From Candidatus Calescibacterium sp. (lineage in GTDB: Bacteria > Calescibacteriota > Calescibacteriia > Calescibacteriales > Calescibacteriaceae), in contig JAVVGL010000012.1 of the NCBI GenBank assembly GCA_032249135.1, positions 1 to 61,592 on the forward strand: a DNA stretch of 61,592 bases, read 5' to 3'. The notes below the pieces were generated by a model that saw nothing but the letters and a program-made list of their open reading frames with translations, was not told where the DNA came from and ran no database searches. Shown here piece after piece: positions 1 through 10,043 of the stretch. Position 1 is the first letter of the stretch; every line of letters starts with the position of its first letter. The position numbers were made by a program, and so were the translations under genes.

Positions 1-698
1 TCCAAAAGGTCAAAGCTATGAAACAATTCAATTATATAACTTCTCGTAAATGTTCTATGATTATTGAAGAAAACAACATTTTCTCTATATACAGGAACAC
101 TTACTATTGCAAATCCTCCATTTTTTGTAATTCTGTTAATTTCCTCTATTGCCTTTTCGGTTCCAAATGGATCTAATTTATCTCCGTATCTTCCAAGTCC
201 AATATGTTCAAGAACACAAAGTGAAGAAATACATTCAATAGAATTGTTTTTAAAAGGCAACTCAGTAGCAGAAGCTCTAATGAATGTGAGATTTTTAAGT
301 TTAACTCTTTCAGGTGGTCTTATATCAACAAACAAAACAGGCAAATACTGAGAGATTATTGACATTGTTTTTACAGATGAAGCAATATCAACTAAAAATT
401 TTGGTTTGAGCTCAAAAATCTTTCTCGCAGCCCAGGCATCCTGATAAAAATATATAGGTTCAATCGGGGTGTATGAAGCTCTATCGTTCAGACAAGGATA
501 AATATCAGCAAGATTAAAAACCAATCTTTTATTTTTGCGGGAAAGTCTTGAAAAAACAAAAAGATCTCTAAAATACCAAGGTAAATCAAAAATATTTTTT
601 GTTCTCTTGAGAGCTCTCAAAGATTTATAAGTCAATAAAATAGGGAGAAAAAACTTTTTATTTTTAAGCCATCTCCTCACCTTTTTGAAGCCGACCAT
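1..698 (-). CDS. DUF268-like / class I SAM-dependent methyltransferase of a surface-polysaccharide locus (3' end runs off the window; not in ORF track)
   Basis: My translation from ATG 698: MVGFKKVRRW...YFYQDAWAARKIF...LVDIASS...VDIRP...SSLCVLEHIGLGRYGDKLDPFG, open to position 1. Lies directly downstream of wzx. Confidence 0.75.
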   Translation of the reverse strand, partial: MVGFKKVRRWLKNKKFFLPILLTYKSLRALKRTKNIFDLPWYFRDLFVFSRLSRKNKRLVFNLADIYPCLNDRASYTPIEPIYFYQDAWAARKIFELKPKFLVDIASSVKTMSIISQYLPVLFVDIRPPERVKLKNLTFIRASATELPFKNNSIECISSLCVLEHIGLGRYGDKLDPFGTEKAIEEINRITKNGGFAIVSVPVYRENVVFFNNHRTFTRSYIIELFHSFDLL

Positions 699-726
699 AA
701 AATTAATTTAGCGATTTCCATGAAAT

Positions 727-2121
727 CTAAATTTTACTTTTCAAACTTTCAAATCTAAAAAATGTAATAATTCCTTCAAACATAATTTTTATGTTATGTC
801 TTGTTTTCTGATAAATTATATCAACCAAAAATACTGTGATAGTAAGAGAAATCATAAAGCTTATTATAGCGCCAACAGCACCATATAATGGTAGAAAAAT
901 CATGTTAAATAGAACATCAGAAATTGCCCCTAAAAACATAGTAAATGTGCTAAACCATATAAGATTTTCTGTCAGCAGATAAACACCTCTTATTACTCCA
1001 AAAAATGTAAAAAATAGGCGGAAAGACATCAAAGAAAGTAAAATTCCGGCTGGCTCGTAAGTTGAACCATATAAAAAAAGTATGATTTTCTTTCCGAAAA
1101 AGAAAATGGGTAATCCGGTAAAAATAAAAGCTATTGTCATAAGCCTATATAAATCTCTCAATCTCCCTTCAAATTTTTCCTTTGCATAAACCTTGGTTCT
1201 CTCAACCGATGTATAAAAAGACCAATAAACAACCATAGGAATAAATCCAAAAAACTCTATAAGTCTCATCGCAGAAGAATAGTATCCGAGTTCTTCCTTT
1301 GACAAAAACTTCAAAATAATTATTTGATCAACCTTTGCCTGAATTATGTTGAGAGTACTTGCGAGAAACAAAGGAAAAGCATCTTTTATTATTGATTTCG
1401 CTATTTTGACATCAAATAAACTGAACTTGAAAAAAGATGGAAGTTTCTGAGACTTGTAAATCATCAAAGAAAACAAAGCTAAACTCACAGAATCAAGAAA
1501 GTAAGAAAAAACAAACCAGAATAAATTCGCCTTTGCCAATATCAAGTAAATTTTGAAAATAGATATCAAAAAAAGCTGAATCAATTTCCTTATTGATATG
1601 TATTTCGCCTGGACTTTGGAAAGATAATAAAAATCTACAACATCAAAGCTTTGCAACATAAGTCCAAAATTTAGCAAAGTTATAAACAAAAAAAGTTCAA
1701 AATCAGTTGAAACAAAATACGAAGTAGGTATGAATAAAAGAAATATAAGAAAGCTTCCCAAAAATCTTATCCAAAAAGAGGTTCCCAAAATTTTGAACTG
1801 AACACTCTCATTTCTTATAATCTCCCTCACAACAAGACCATCAAGTCCAAACCTTGAAAATGCGTAAGCTATCTGATTGAAAGCTACAACATAGCTCAAA
1901 GCTCCGTAATTTTCAGGTTGAAGGTATCTTATAACCCAAATACCTATCAGGGTACTCAAAACTAATCTCAGAAACTGTTCCAAAAATAACCAAAGAGTAT
2001 TTGCACCGTATTTTTTTAAACCTTCGTTTTCGGAAATGTTTTTGAAAAGCTCTCGGATAAAGTTAAAAATTTTTTGCAAAACTTTGATTTTACCTTGTGT
2101 TTCTCCCATAAGTAGAATCAA
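727..2121 (-). CDS. Wzx-type O-antigen/polysaccharide flippase
   Basis: Many hydrophobic segments; NTLWLFLEQFLRL..IRYLQPENYG and VDQIII..LGYYSSA motifs of the polysaccharide flippase family. Confidence 0.9.
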   Translation of the reverse strand: MILLMGETQGKIKVLQKIFNFIRELFKNISENEGLKKYGANTLWLFLEQFLRLVLSTLIGIWVIRYLQPENYGALSYVVAFNQIAYAFSRFGLDGLVVREIIRNESVQFKILGTSFWIRFLGSFLIFLLFIPTSYFVSTDFELFLFITLLNFGLMLQSFDVVDFYYLSKVQAKYISIRKLIQLFLISIFKIYLILAKANLFWFVFSYFLDSVSLALFSLMIYKSQKLPSFFKFSLFDVKIAKSIIKDAFPLFLASTLNIIQAKVDQIIILKFLSKEELGYYSSAMRLIEFFGFIPMVVYWSFYTSVERTKVYAKEKFEGRLRDLYRLMTIAFIFTGLPIFFFGKKIILFLYGSTYEPAGILLSLMSFRLFFTFFGVIRGVYLLTENLIWFSTFTMFLGAISDVLFNMIFLPLYGAVGAIISFMISLTITVFLVDIIYQKTRHNIKIMFEGIITFFRFESLKSKI

Positions 2122-2260
2122 TAAATTAGATCATCAGGTCGTCTAGGAACCAAATCAATCAATTTATAAATTTTGGTAAAATCAGAAGCAAATTGATAAA
2201 ATCTAAAAAGAAAATCTTTCTTTACATCAAAAATTAAAGTTATCTTTAATAAAATAAAGA

Positions 2261-4411
2261 ATGTTTGAGGTTGAAAATAACAAAAAAACAGAAGTAAGTA
2301 AATTTGGAGAATTTGAAGAAAAGCTCCTCAAAGCTAAATCATTGCTCTCGACAGACATAAGGTATATAAAAGGAGTTGGACCTATTTTGGCTCAAAATTT
2401 ATATAAAAAAGGAATATTTACAGTAGAAGATGCTTTATTTACATTACCAAAATCTTATGAGAATAGAACAAATGTAAAAAAAATATCAGAACTTCAAGAA
2501 GGAGAAAAAGCAGTAGTAGTAGCTCAAATAATACGCAAGGAGGATCTAACTTTGCCAACTGGTAAAAATATAAAAAAAATTATAATTTATGACGGTTCTG
2601 GAACTCTTGAATGCATATGGTTTTCAAGCACAAACTACATTGAAATATTTGATGAAGGAGATGAAATTGCAGTTTTTGGAGAGGTAAAATCTTTCAGAGG
2701 AATATTGCAAATGTACCATCCAAAAATAGTAAAAAAAGATAAAATTTCTCAACTCAAAGTAGGAAAAATTATCCCTTTATATGTCGTTTCAGATTATTAT
2801 GAATCATCTCAAATAGCAAGAGTAATAAGATCGGTATTAGAAAGCTGCAAAGACTACATCATATCGTTGGTTCCAAGATCAAAAGAGAAAGAATACAATT
2901 TACCTACACTAAAAGAAGCTCTCCTGAAAGTCCATATTCCTGAAAAATATGTAAAAAGTATAGAGGAGATAGAAGAGGCGAAAAGAAGGATAATATTTGA
3001 GGAGATATTCAGAACTCAGGTTTCTTTATTTATGAAGAGGAAAAAAGTAAAAGAGAAATCAGCACCGCAGATGATAGTAAGTGATTCCCTCATAAATTTT
3101 TTCTTTTCAACTTTACCTTTCAGACCAACGAACGCACAGATCAGAGTGATAGAAGAAATAAGAAAAGATATGCAGGGAATCCATCCTATGTATAGGTTAG
3201 TTCAAGGAGATGTTGGTTCTGGTAAAACACTTGTGGCATTTGCAGCATCTTTGATTTCAGCAGTAAATGGCTACCAGACAGCTGTTATGTCTCCAACAGA
3301 AATACTCTCAAAGCAGTTGTATGAAAACTTCAAAAAATTTGGGGCTCCATTCGGCTTAAATGTTCAACTAATAACTGGTAGCACAAAAAAATCTGAAAGG
3401 AAAGAAATATATCAAGGTCTTGCGAGAGGAAAAATCAATATTGTAGTTGGAACGCACGCACTAATATATGATGAGGATTTAAAATTTGAAAAATTGGGAC
3501 TCGTTATAATAGATGAACAACACAGGTTTGGAGTTCTTCAAAGAATAGAACTTATAAATAAAGCAGATAAAAATTTACCTCACATTCTCGCTATGACCGC
3601 AACTCCGATACCAAGAACAGTATCTCTGACAGTCTGGGGAGACCTTGACATATCTATAATTGACGAATTTCCACCGGGTAAGAAACCAGTAAAAACAAAA
3701 GTACTACGAGAATCAGAAAAGTTTTTCCTATGGAAAGAAATAGAGAAAGAACTTGAAGATGGGGGAAAGGTATTTGTAGTGTACCCGCTTCTGAAAGATT
3801 CTGAAAAATTAGAATTACCATCGGCTGAGGGAATGTATAAAGTTTTATCAGAGAAGTTCTCAAAATGGGGTGTCGGATTAATACACGGAAAAATGAGTGG
3901 AGAAAAAAAATCACAAATAATAAAAGATTTTGCAGAGGGAAAAATAAATCTTCTCGTCTCAACAACGGTAATTGAGGTTGGAATAGATGTCCCAGATGCA
4001 ACTTTAATTGTTATAGAGCACGCTGAAAGGTTTGGTCTATCTCAAATACACCAAATGAGAGGCAGGGTTGGTAGAAGAGAAAGGGAAGGAAAATGCATCC
4101 TTGTTATTCCTGATAATCTTTCTGAAAACTCGGAAAATAGAATAAGAATTCTCGAGAAAGAATCTGATGGTTTTAAAATAGCAGAATATGACCTTGAAAT
4201 AAGGGGACCTGGAGATATTCTTGGAACTCGTCAGCATGGGTTTTCAGATATAAAGGTAGAAGCTCTGAAAGACACGAAACTTATATCCATCGCAAGAGAA
4301 ATTGCAAAAAAAGTTGTATTTGAAAACTTAATCCCGGAAGAAGAAATTATTTTTAGTAAAACTTTTGAAATTTTTCTTCAAGATAAAGCAGACCTTGTCA
4401 TGTCAGGATAA
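2261..4411 (+). CDS. recG: ATP-dependent DNA helicase RecG
   Basis: IKGVGP wedge domain, QGDVGSGKT, IDEQHRFG, MTATPIPRT, HQMRGRVGR, DLEIRGPGDILGTRQHG. Confidence 0.97.
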   Translation: MFEVENNKKTEVSKFGEFEEKLLKAKSLLSTDIRYIKGVGPILAQNLYKKGIFTVEDALFTLPKSYENRTNVKKISELQEGEKAVVVAQIIRKEDLTLPTGKNIKKIIIYDGSGTLECIWFSSTNYIEIFDEGDEIAVFGEVKSFRGILQMYHPKIVKKDKISQLKVGKIIPLYVVSDYYESSQIARVIRSVLESCKDYIISLVPRSKEKEYNLPTLKEALLKVHIPEKYVKSIEEIEEAKRRIIFEEIFRTQVSLFMKRKKVKEKSAPQMIVSDSLINFFFSTLPFRPTNAQIRVIEEIRKDMQGIHPMYRLVQGDVGSGKTLVAFAASLISAVNGYQTAVMSPTEILSKQLYENFKKFGAPFGLNVQLITGSTKKSERKEIYQGLARGKINIVVGTHALIYDEDLKFEKLGLVIIDEQHRFGVLQRIELINKADKNLPHILAMTATPIPRTVSLTVWGDLDISIIDEFPPGKKPVKTKVLRESEKFFLWKEIEKELEDGGKVFVVYPLLKDSEKLELPSAEGMYKVLSEKFSKWGVGLIHGKMSGEKKSQIIKDFAEGKINLLVSTTVIEVGIDVPDATLIVIEHAERFGLSQIHQMRGRVGRREREGKCILVIPDNLSENSENRIRILEKESDGFKIAEYDLEIRGPGDILGTRQHGFSDIKVEALKDTKLISIAREIAKKVVFENLIPEEEIIFSKTFEIFLQDKADLVMSG

Positions 4412-4601
4412 AAGATAAAAAATTTATCCGCACCATTTCATCTGTTTAATTCTGTATTCTTCTTCACATTTAGGTTTGGAACAGATTAATAAGTGTGATA
4501 AGCTGGAATGAATCAAAAGAAGAATTGTTTGCTTATTAAAGCTTGCAGTTTAAAAAATTGAAAATCATAAACTTTTTTTAAAAGTTTGTAGTTATAAATA
4601 A

Positions 4602-5923
4602 GTGAAAATACAAGAATTAAAAAAGTAATAGTAAGCCAGAGAGAGGAAATAGAGGAGAAATCCAAAAAGGAGAAAATAATTCAAAGAGAAGTAGATTTCC
4701 TCAAACTCAAAAAATATCTTTCTCTGCCAAATATCCTTCTGATTTTAGGAGTGAGAAGGTGTGGAAAATCTGTTCTTTCGTGATAAATTCTGAAAGATTT
4801 GAAAAACCTTCCATACATAAATTTTGACGATGAAAGGTTATTTGATTTTACCTCAAAGGATTTTGATTTGCTTCTTCAAGCATTCTACGAGTTGTATGGT
4901 GATTTTGATTACGTTGTTTTAGATGAACCTCACAACATTCAGGGTTGGGAACTTTTTGTAAATAGGTTGAGGCGAACAAAGAAAGTTATAATCACTGGTT
5001 CAAATTCTAATCTGCTTTCAGGAGAACTTGCCACACATCTTACAGGAAGATATATTGATTTTACTTTATTTCCATTTAGTTTTCGCGAATTCCTCAAGTT
5101 TTATGATTTTTCACTCTCTCCGGAAGATGCGTATTCTACAAAAAAAGAAGCACAAGTCAAAAAGTTTCTTGATGATTATCTTTCAGCGGGCGGATTTCCT
5201 GAAAGACTTATTTTCGGAAGAGAAATCTTAGTTAGAATCTATTCAGACATAATAGAAAAGGATATACTAACAAGGTATAAGATAAAAAAGAAAAAAACTT
5301 TCAAGGAGCTTACCAGATATCTCATATCAAACTTTTCCTCTGAGATTTCCTTCAATAAACTAAAAAATATATTCGGAATAAAGGATGTTCATACTTTGAA
5401 AAACTGGATCTCTTTTTTAGAAAGTGCTTATCTGATTTTTATCTTAGAAAGATTCTCTTTCAAACTCAAAGAACAATTTATAGCTCCAAAAAAAGTTTAT
5501 TGCATAGATACAGGATTAGCCGGTGTTATAGGATACAAGCTCATGGAAGATAAAGGGAAACTTATGGAAAACCTTGTTGCCGTTGAACTTTTAAGAAGAA
5601 AAAGCTACTGGAATAACTCATGGGAGATATATTATTGGAAAGACCATCAACAGAACGAGGTTGATTTTGTCATAAAAGAGGGCAAGGATGTCGTACAGCT
5701 TATTCAAGTTTGCTACGATATTGAAATGTATAAAACAAAGGAAAGAGAAATCAAAAGCTTACTCAAAGCAAGTAAAGAGTTAAGGTGTGATAATCTCACA
5801 ATAATTAACTGGGATTACTACGGTGAAGAAGAAGTTCAAAATCAGTTGGAGAAGGGGAAAAAATCGAAAAAATTTATAAAGTTTATTCCTCTGTGGCGTT
5901 GGCTTATTGAAGTTGAAAAATGA
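4602..5923 (+). pseudogene. AAA_14/DUF4143-type ATPase, disrupted at the 5' end
   Basis: GTG 4602 (MKIQELK) is out of frame by 1 at the A6 run 4619-4624. The next frame reads ...LILGVRRCGKSVLS then TGA TAA (4781-4786), then continues in frame as the 4799-5923 ORF (YINFDDER, LDEPH, ITGSNS, LTGR, GGFPE, KKVYCIDTG, EVDFV). Confidence 0.85.
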
Positions 5924-6318
5924 AAAAAGAGGAAAAATTCTTAAAGAAAAGAGAAACTGAATTCTGGCAAAGAGCAAAAGAAGATTTCAAAAAAAGAAGG
6001 TTCAATTTATCTACATTAGATGTTGAACAAGCCATTCAGTTGTTCCTAAAACACCTTATATTCGTAAAAGCTGGGGATTTCCCAAAAACCCATAACTTTG
6101 GTAAATTATTTGATGAACTTTCTGAAATTTACAACAGCAAAGAGATAAAAAATTTTTACGAAAATCACATCTTGGAGTTCAAAGCTTTGAAAGGTGCCTA
6201 CATAACATCAAGATACTTCCCGAGGGAATTTGAGAAAATTGAAGTTCAAAAAATCATTGAGTTCGCTCAAAAAGTCATTAAATTTTTGGAAGATAAAACA
6301 GGGGAAAAATTTAGGTAA
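5920..6318 (+). CDS. HEPN domain protein (archaeal-type, HEPN-MNT module)
   Basis: EQAIQLFLK..GDFPKTHN..AYITSRY motifs; next to an MNT gene. Confidence 0.85.
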   Translation: MKKEEKFLKKRETEFWQRAKEDFKKRRFNLSTLDVEQAIQLFLKHLIFVKAGDFPKTHNFGKLFDELSEIYNSKEIKNFYENHILEFKALKGAYITSRYFPREFEKIEVQKIIEFAQKVIKFLEDKTGEKFR

Positions 6319-6365
6319 GTAAATAAAAAAAGAGAGGGAAAGGTTGAAATTTAAATTGAGAATTT

Positions 6366-6719
6366 ATGGCAAGTATATACAAGATATTAGCTCATAAAAA
6401 TCAGAGAGCAGAAAAATATTTTAGAAATTCTTTATATTACGCAAGGAAAATCAAGCGTTTACTTCAAGAGATTCTGCCAGATGTTGAGGTAATAATTTTT
6501 GGTTCGGCAATATCAGGTAAAAGAAAACCCGATAGCGATATTGATATTCTTGTTATTTCTGAGAAAGTTCCACATGATTTATTTGAACGAGCAAAAATCA
6601 AGGTTAAAATAGAGAAAAAATTTCCCGATGCTCCATTTGAAATTCATCTTGCAACTCCAAAACAATTTTATAATTGGTATAAAAACTTCATCAAGTCAAA
6701 TCACATAAGAGTAAAGTAA
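6366..6719 (+). CDS. Minimal nucleotidyltransferase (MNT), partner of HEPN
   Basis: IFGSAISGKRKPDSDIDILV (GS..DxD) and PFEIHL. Confidence 0.9.
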   Translation: MASIYKILAHKNQRAEKYFRNSLYYARKIKRLLQEILPDVEVIIFGSAISGKRKPDSDIDILVISEKVPHDLFERAKIKVKIEKKFPDAPFEIHLATPKQFYNWYKNFIKSNHIRVK

Positions 6720-6847
6720 AAGTTGAAATAGGAGAAGTATGAGAGAAAAAAACTCAATAACTCTCAAAATCAAAGTGTTGTAAGACAAAAAACAAAAAAA
6801 TCAGAAAAACAAGGATAAAAATTCATTTTAGGACTATTATTTTTTAT

Positions 6848-8140
6848 ATGGCGAGAATTTCAGATTCTGAAAGTTGTTCTTTCTGTGGGAAATCAAAAAA
6901 AGAGGTCAAAAGACTAATCGGCGGTATGAACGGAGCATATATATGCTTTGACTGTGTGAGAATTTGCTATGACATGGTAGAAAGTCATTCTTTTGATGAT
7001 CAAAAAGAAGATTTATTTTCAGAAGAAAACATAGCAAGAATAAAAAGTTTAACTCCACGAAAAATAAAAGAGTTTCTTGATCAGTATATTGTCGGTCAAG
7101 AGATTGCAAAAAAATATGTTTCTGTTGCAATTTACAACCACTACAAAAGAATAATTCTTAAAGATTCAAGTATAGAAAAAAGCAATCTTATGTTTGTCGG
7201 ACCCACGGGAACGGGAAAAACTCTTGTTGCAAGAACAATAGCAAAACTTCTTGATGTACCTATGGTCATAGTAGATGCGACAAGTTTTACAGAAGCAGGA
7301 TATGTCGGAGACGATGTAGAAAACATTCTGTATTATCTTTATGTGAATTCAGGATATGATATACAAAAAACACAAATGGGAATAGTTTATATAGATGAGA
7401 TAGATAAAATAGCAAGAAAATCAGGGGAAATCGGATCATCTACAAGGGATGTTTCAGGAGAGGGAGTCCAGCATGCTCTATTGAAAATAGTTGAAGGCAG
7501 CGGAATAAGTGTTCCAATAAGAGGTAAAAGAGGAGTATCTGAAACCCTCTTTATTGATACAACAAATATACTTTTCATAGCTGGAGGTGCTTTCTCTGGA
7601 ATACAAGATATAATAAGAGCGAGACTTGGTAAAAAGAAAATAGGATTTAAAGAAACAGATGCTGATGAGAACAAAAACGAAAAAGAAAAGCTAAAAACAA
7701 AACAAAAATCACAAAATAATGAAAGAGATGAAATAATATACCATATAAAACACGAAGACCTCATAAAATACGGTATAATACCAGAGCTTGTAGGAAGATT
7801 CCCCGTTATAGTTCCGTTCCATCCGCTTACTGTGGAAGATATAGAAAGGATTCTAGTTGAACCTAAAAACTCTATAATAAAGCAATATATGAAACTCTTT
7901 GAGGTTGAGGGAATAAATCTTGTATTTACAGATGGGGCTCTGAAAGAAATTGCAAGGAGAGTTGATATCAAGAGAGTTGGAGCGAGAGGATTACGCTCAA
8001 TAATAGAGGAAATTATGCTTGATATTATGTTTGAAGTCCCAGATATACCATCTGTGAAAGAAGTTATAATAACAGAGGAAACTGTAAAGGGTGGTCCCCC
8101 TGTGTATGTTGAGGGTAAAAAGAAAAAAATAATTTATTGA
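6848..8140 (+). CDS. clpX: ATP-dependent Clp protease ATP-binding subunit ClpX
   Basis: CSFCGK..CFDC zinc finger, [28 protein letters not shown] loop, GARGLRSI. Confidence 0.97.
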   Translation: MARISDSESCSFCGKSKKEVKRLIGGMNGAYICFDCVRICYDMVESHSFDDQKEDLFSEENIARIKSLTPRKIKEFLDQYIVGQEIAKKYVSVAIYNHYKRIILKDSSIEKSNLMFVGPTGTGKTLVARTIAKLLDVPMVIVDATSFTEAGYVGDDVENILYYLYVNSGYDIQKTQMGIVYIDEIDKIARKSGEIGSSTRDVSGEGVQHALLKIVEGSGISVPIRGKRGVSETLFIDTTNILFIAGGAFSGIQDIIRARLGKKKIGFKETDADENKNEKEKLKTKQKSQNNERDEIIYHIKHEDLIKYGIIPELVGRFPVIVPFHPLTVEDIERILVEPKNSIIKQYMKLFEVEGINLVFTDGALKEIARRVDIKRVGARGLRSIIEEIMLDIMFEVPDIPSVKEVIITEETVKGGPPVYVEGKKKKIIY

Positions 8141-8176
8141 TTTATTTATTGATCTATGATTTATTTATTGATCTAT
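8139..8176. repeat. 19-bp perfect tandem duplication
   Basis: GATTTATTTATTGATCTAT at 8139-8157 and 8158-8176, with partial copies on either side. Confidence 0.9.
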
Positions 8177-8283
8177 TTATTGTGTGGAAGCTAAATATAA
8201 CCTTAATTCTTAGGATCAAAATATTGAAATAAAAAAAGTTGATAAAAAGAAAATCAAGCTAAAATCAACTATCTTTGATTCTG

Positions 8284-9936
8284 ATGAATAAAAAGAATTT
8301 CTCCCTGGACCGAGGGAAGAGGGATTTTCTTATTTTTCTTGTAAAAACAACAGGTGCAATTTGGCTCTCTCGTTTCTTCCCACTCTCTTTTGTTTCTGGT
8401 TGCTCAAATCAACAAACCTCAAATCAGCAAATCAAAGTATCCTATGAACTTTTTCCTCAATCTGTTGCAAGTGGTGATGTCTCTCAAAATTCAGCTATTA
8501 TATGGACAAGAACAAATAATGACCCATCTCCTCTTGTGTGGCAGGTAGCAGAAGACCAAAACTTTGAAAAAATTCTAATTCAAGATGTTATAACTCCTTC
8601 ACAAGATACTGATTTCTGTGTAAAAATCAAAGTTCAAAACCTGCAACCCGGTAAAAGATACTATTATAGATTTATAAAAGATAATTTATCTTCTCCCCAT
8701 GGCACTTTCAAAACAATTCCAGAAAATCTTGATAGAATAAAGTTTGCTTTTGTATCGTGTCAAGATTACACAAATGGCTTTTATTCAGCTTGGTATCACC
8801 TTGCCCAGGAGGATTTAGACTTTGTGGTTCATCTTGGGGATTATATATATGAAACCGTCTCAGATCCTGCATTTCAGTACGCCCAGATAAGAAAAATAGA
8901 GCTTAATGAAAAAGGTATAGCTTTTTATCTTAATGATTACCGAAGGCTCTACAAAATTTATAGATCAGATAGATATTTACAGATGGCTCACGAGAAATTT
9001 CCTTTTTACATAATTTGGGATGACCACGAGTTCGCAAACGATAGCTTTCAGACTAGCTCTCCCGATAATGGAAAAGACATTTTCGGTGGAATAGATCAGC
9101 CTCAAAGAAGAAGAGATGCATCAAGAGCGTGGTGGGAGTATATGCCAGCGGACATTTTCTTTGACCCAAAAGAAGAAGATCCTAAAAAGCAAATAAGAAT
9201 ATATAGGAGTTTTACATTTGGATCTCTTGCAAAACTTATCCTCACTGATGAAAGATTATACAGATCTCCACACCCGTGCGGTGAAGGTACGCTTGGGCAA
9301 AGATATGTTGCCCTTTGCGAAAATATAGAAAAGACATCTATGCTCGGCGATGAGCAGTTAGATTGGTTTTTAAAGGAACTCTCAGAACAAGAAGATATAA
9401 TATGGAAAGTTCACGGAAACGAGGTATGCATAAGTCAGATGCTTCTTGGTAAAAACTCTTTCCTTAACCTTGACCAGTGGGACGGCTATGCAGGTGAAAG
9501 AAGAAAAATTTTAAATTACATATCTCAAAACAAAACAAAGGTCAGAAACTATTTGGTTATTACAGGTGATCTACATACTTTCGTTGCTGGAAACCTTTAC
9601 GATGACTTTCAATCTCCAAAAGATAATGTCGGGGTTGAATTTGCTGGAACTTCCATAACATCATCAAATCTTGGGTCCCTTTTGCGGGTTGATGAGAAAA
9701 CATTAGAAGAAATAGAGAGAAAAATTTTGGATTTCAATAAAAACCTGGTTTATTTTAATTCTCACTATCATGGTTATGCAATTTGTGAGATAACGAAAGA
9801 TGAAGCAATAATTGAATTTTGGAGAGTTTCTTCAATTGAAGAACCAGAAGTTGAAAAAACGCAGAAATTTCTTGTTAAAAGGTTCAGGGTAAAGCAAGGA
9901 GAAAATAAAATAGAAGATATAACGCCAAAAACTTAA
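8284..9936 (+). CDS. phoD: Alkaline phosphatase D family metallophosphatase, predicted Tat-exported lipoprotein
   Basis: FPQSVASGD, FVSCQ, HLGDYIYE, IWDDHEFAND, DQWDGY, TGDLH. N-terminus has KRDFL and a VSGC lipobox. ATG 8284 preferred over TTG 8275. Confidence 0.92.
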   Translation: MNKKNFSLDRGKRDFLIFLVKTTGAIWLSRFFPLSFVSGCSNQQTSNQQIKVSYELFPQSVASGDVSQNSAIIWTRTNNDPSPLVWQVAEDQNFEKILIQDVITPSQDTDFCVKIKVQNLQPGKRYYYRFIKDNLSSPHGTFKTIPENLDRIKFAFVSCQDYTNGFYSAWYHLAQEDLDFVVHLGDYIYETVSDPAFQYAQIRKIELNEKGIAFYLNDYRRLYKIYRSDRYLQMAHEKFPFYIIWDDHEFANDSFQTSSPDNGKDIFGGIDQPQRRRDASRAWWEYMPADIFFDPKEEDPKKQIRIYRSFTFGSLAKLILTDERLYRSPHPCGEGTLGQRYVALCENIEKTSMLGDEQLDWFLKELSEQEDIIWKVHGNEVCISQMLLGKNSFLNLDQWDGYAGERRKILNYISQNKTKVRNYLVITGDLHTFVAGNLYDDFQSPKDNVGVEFAGTSITSSNLGSLLRVDEKTLEEIERKILDFNKNLVYFNSHYHGYAICEITKDEAIIEFWRVSSIEEPEVEKTQKFLVKRFRVKQGENKIEDITPKT

Positions 9937-10043
9937 AGACTTAAAAACAAAGCTAAATTTTCCGGGGCCACTCATATCATAAAGTTGAAATCACAAATCT
10001 GCAAAATTATAAAGCTTGTACCTTGATTTTTAAACTTTAATTT

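Noticed and set aside
64-351. 95-aa plus-strand ORF, and the many other short ORFs nested in or antisense to long genes
   Set aside because: They are shadows of recognisable genes on another frame or strand; here the real gene is the minus-strand methyltransferase.
4781-4786. In-frame TGA as selenocysteine or recoded stop
   Set aside because: It is followed immediately by TAA and accompanied by a separate frameshift, and TGA ends many normal genes in the window. Pseudogenisation is simpler.
8131-8182. Possible CRISPR or Pho-box array
   Set aside because: Only two adjacent 19-bp copies with no spacers, no cas genes and no convincing 11-bp-period Pho box.
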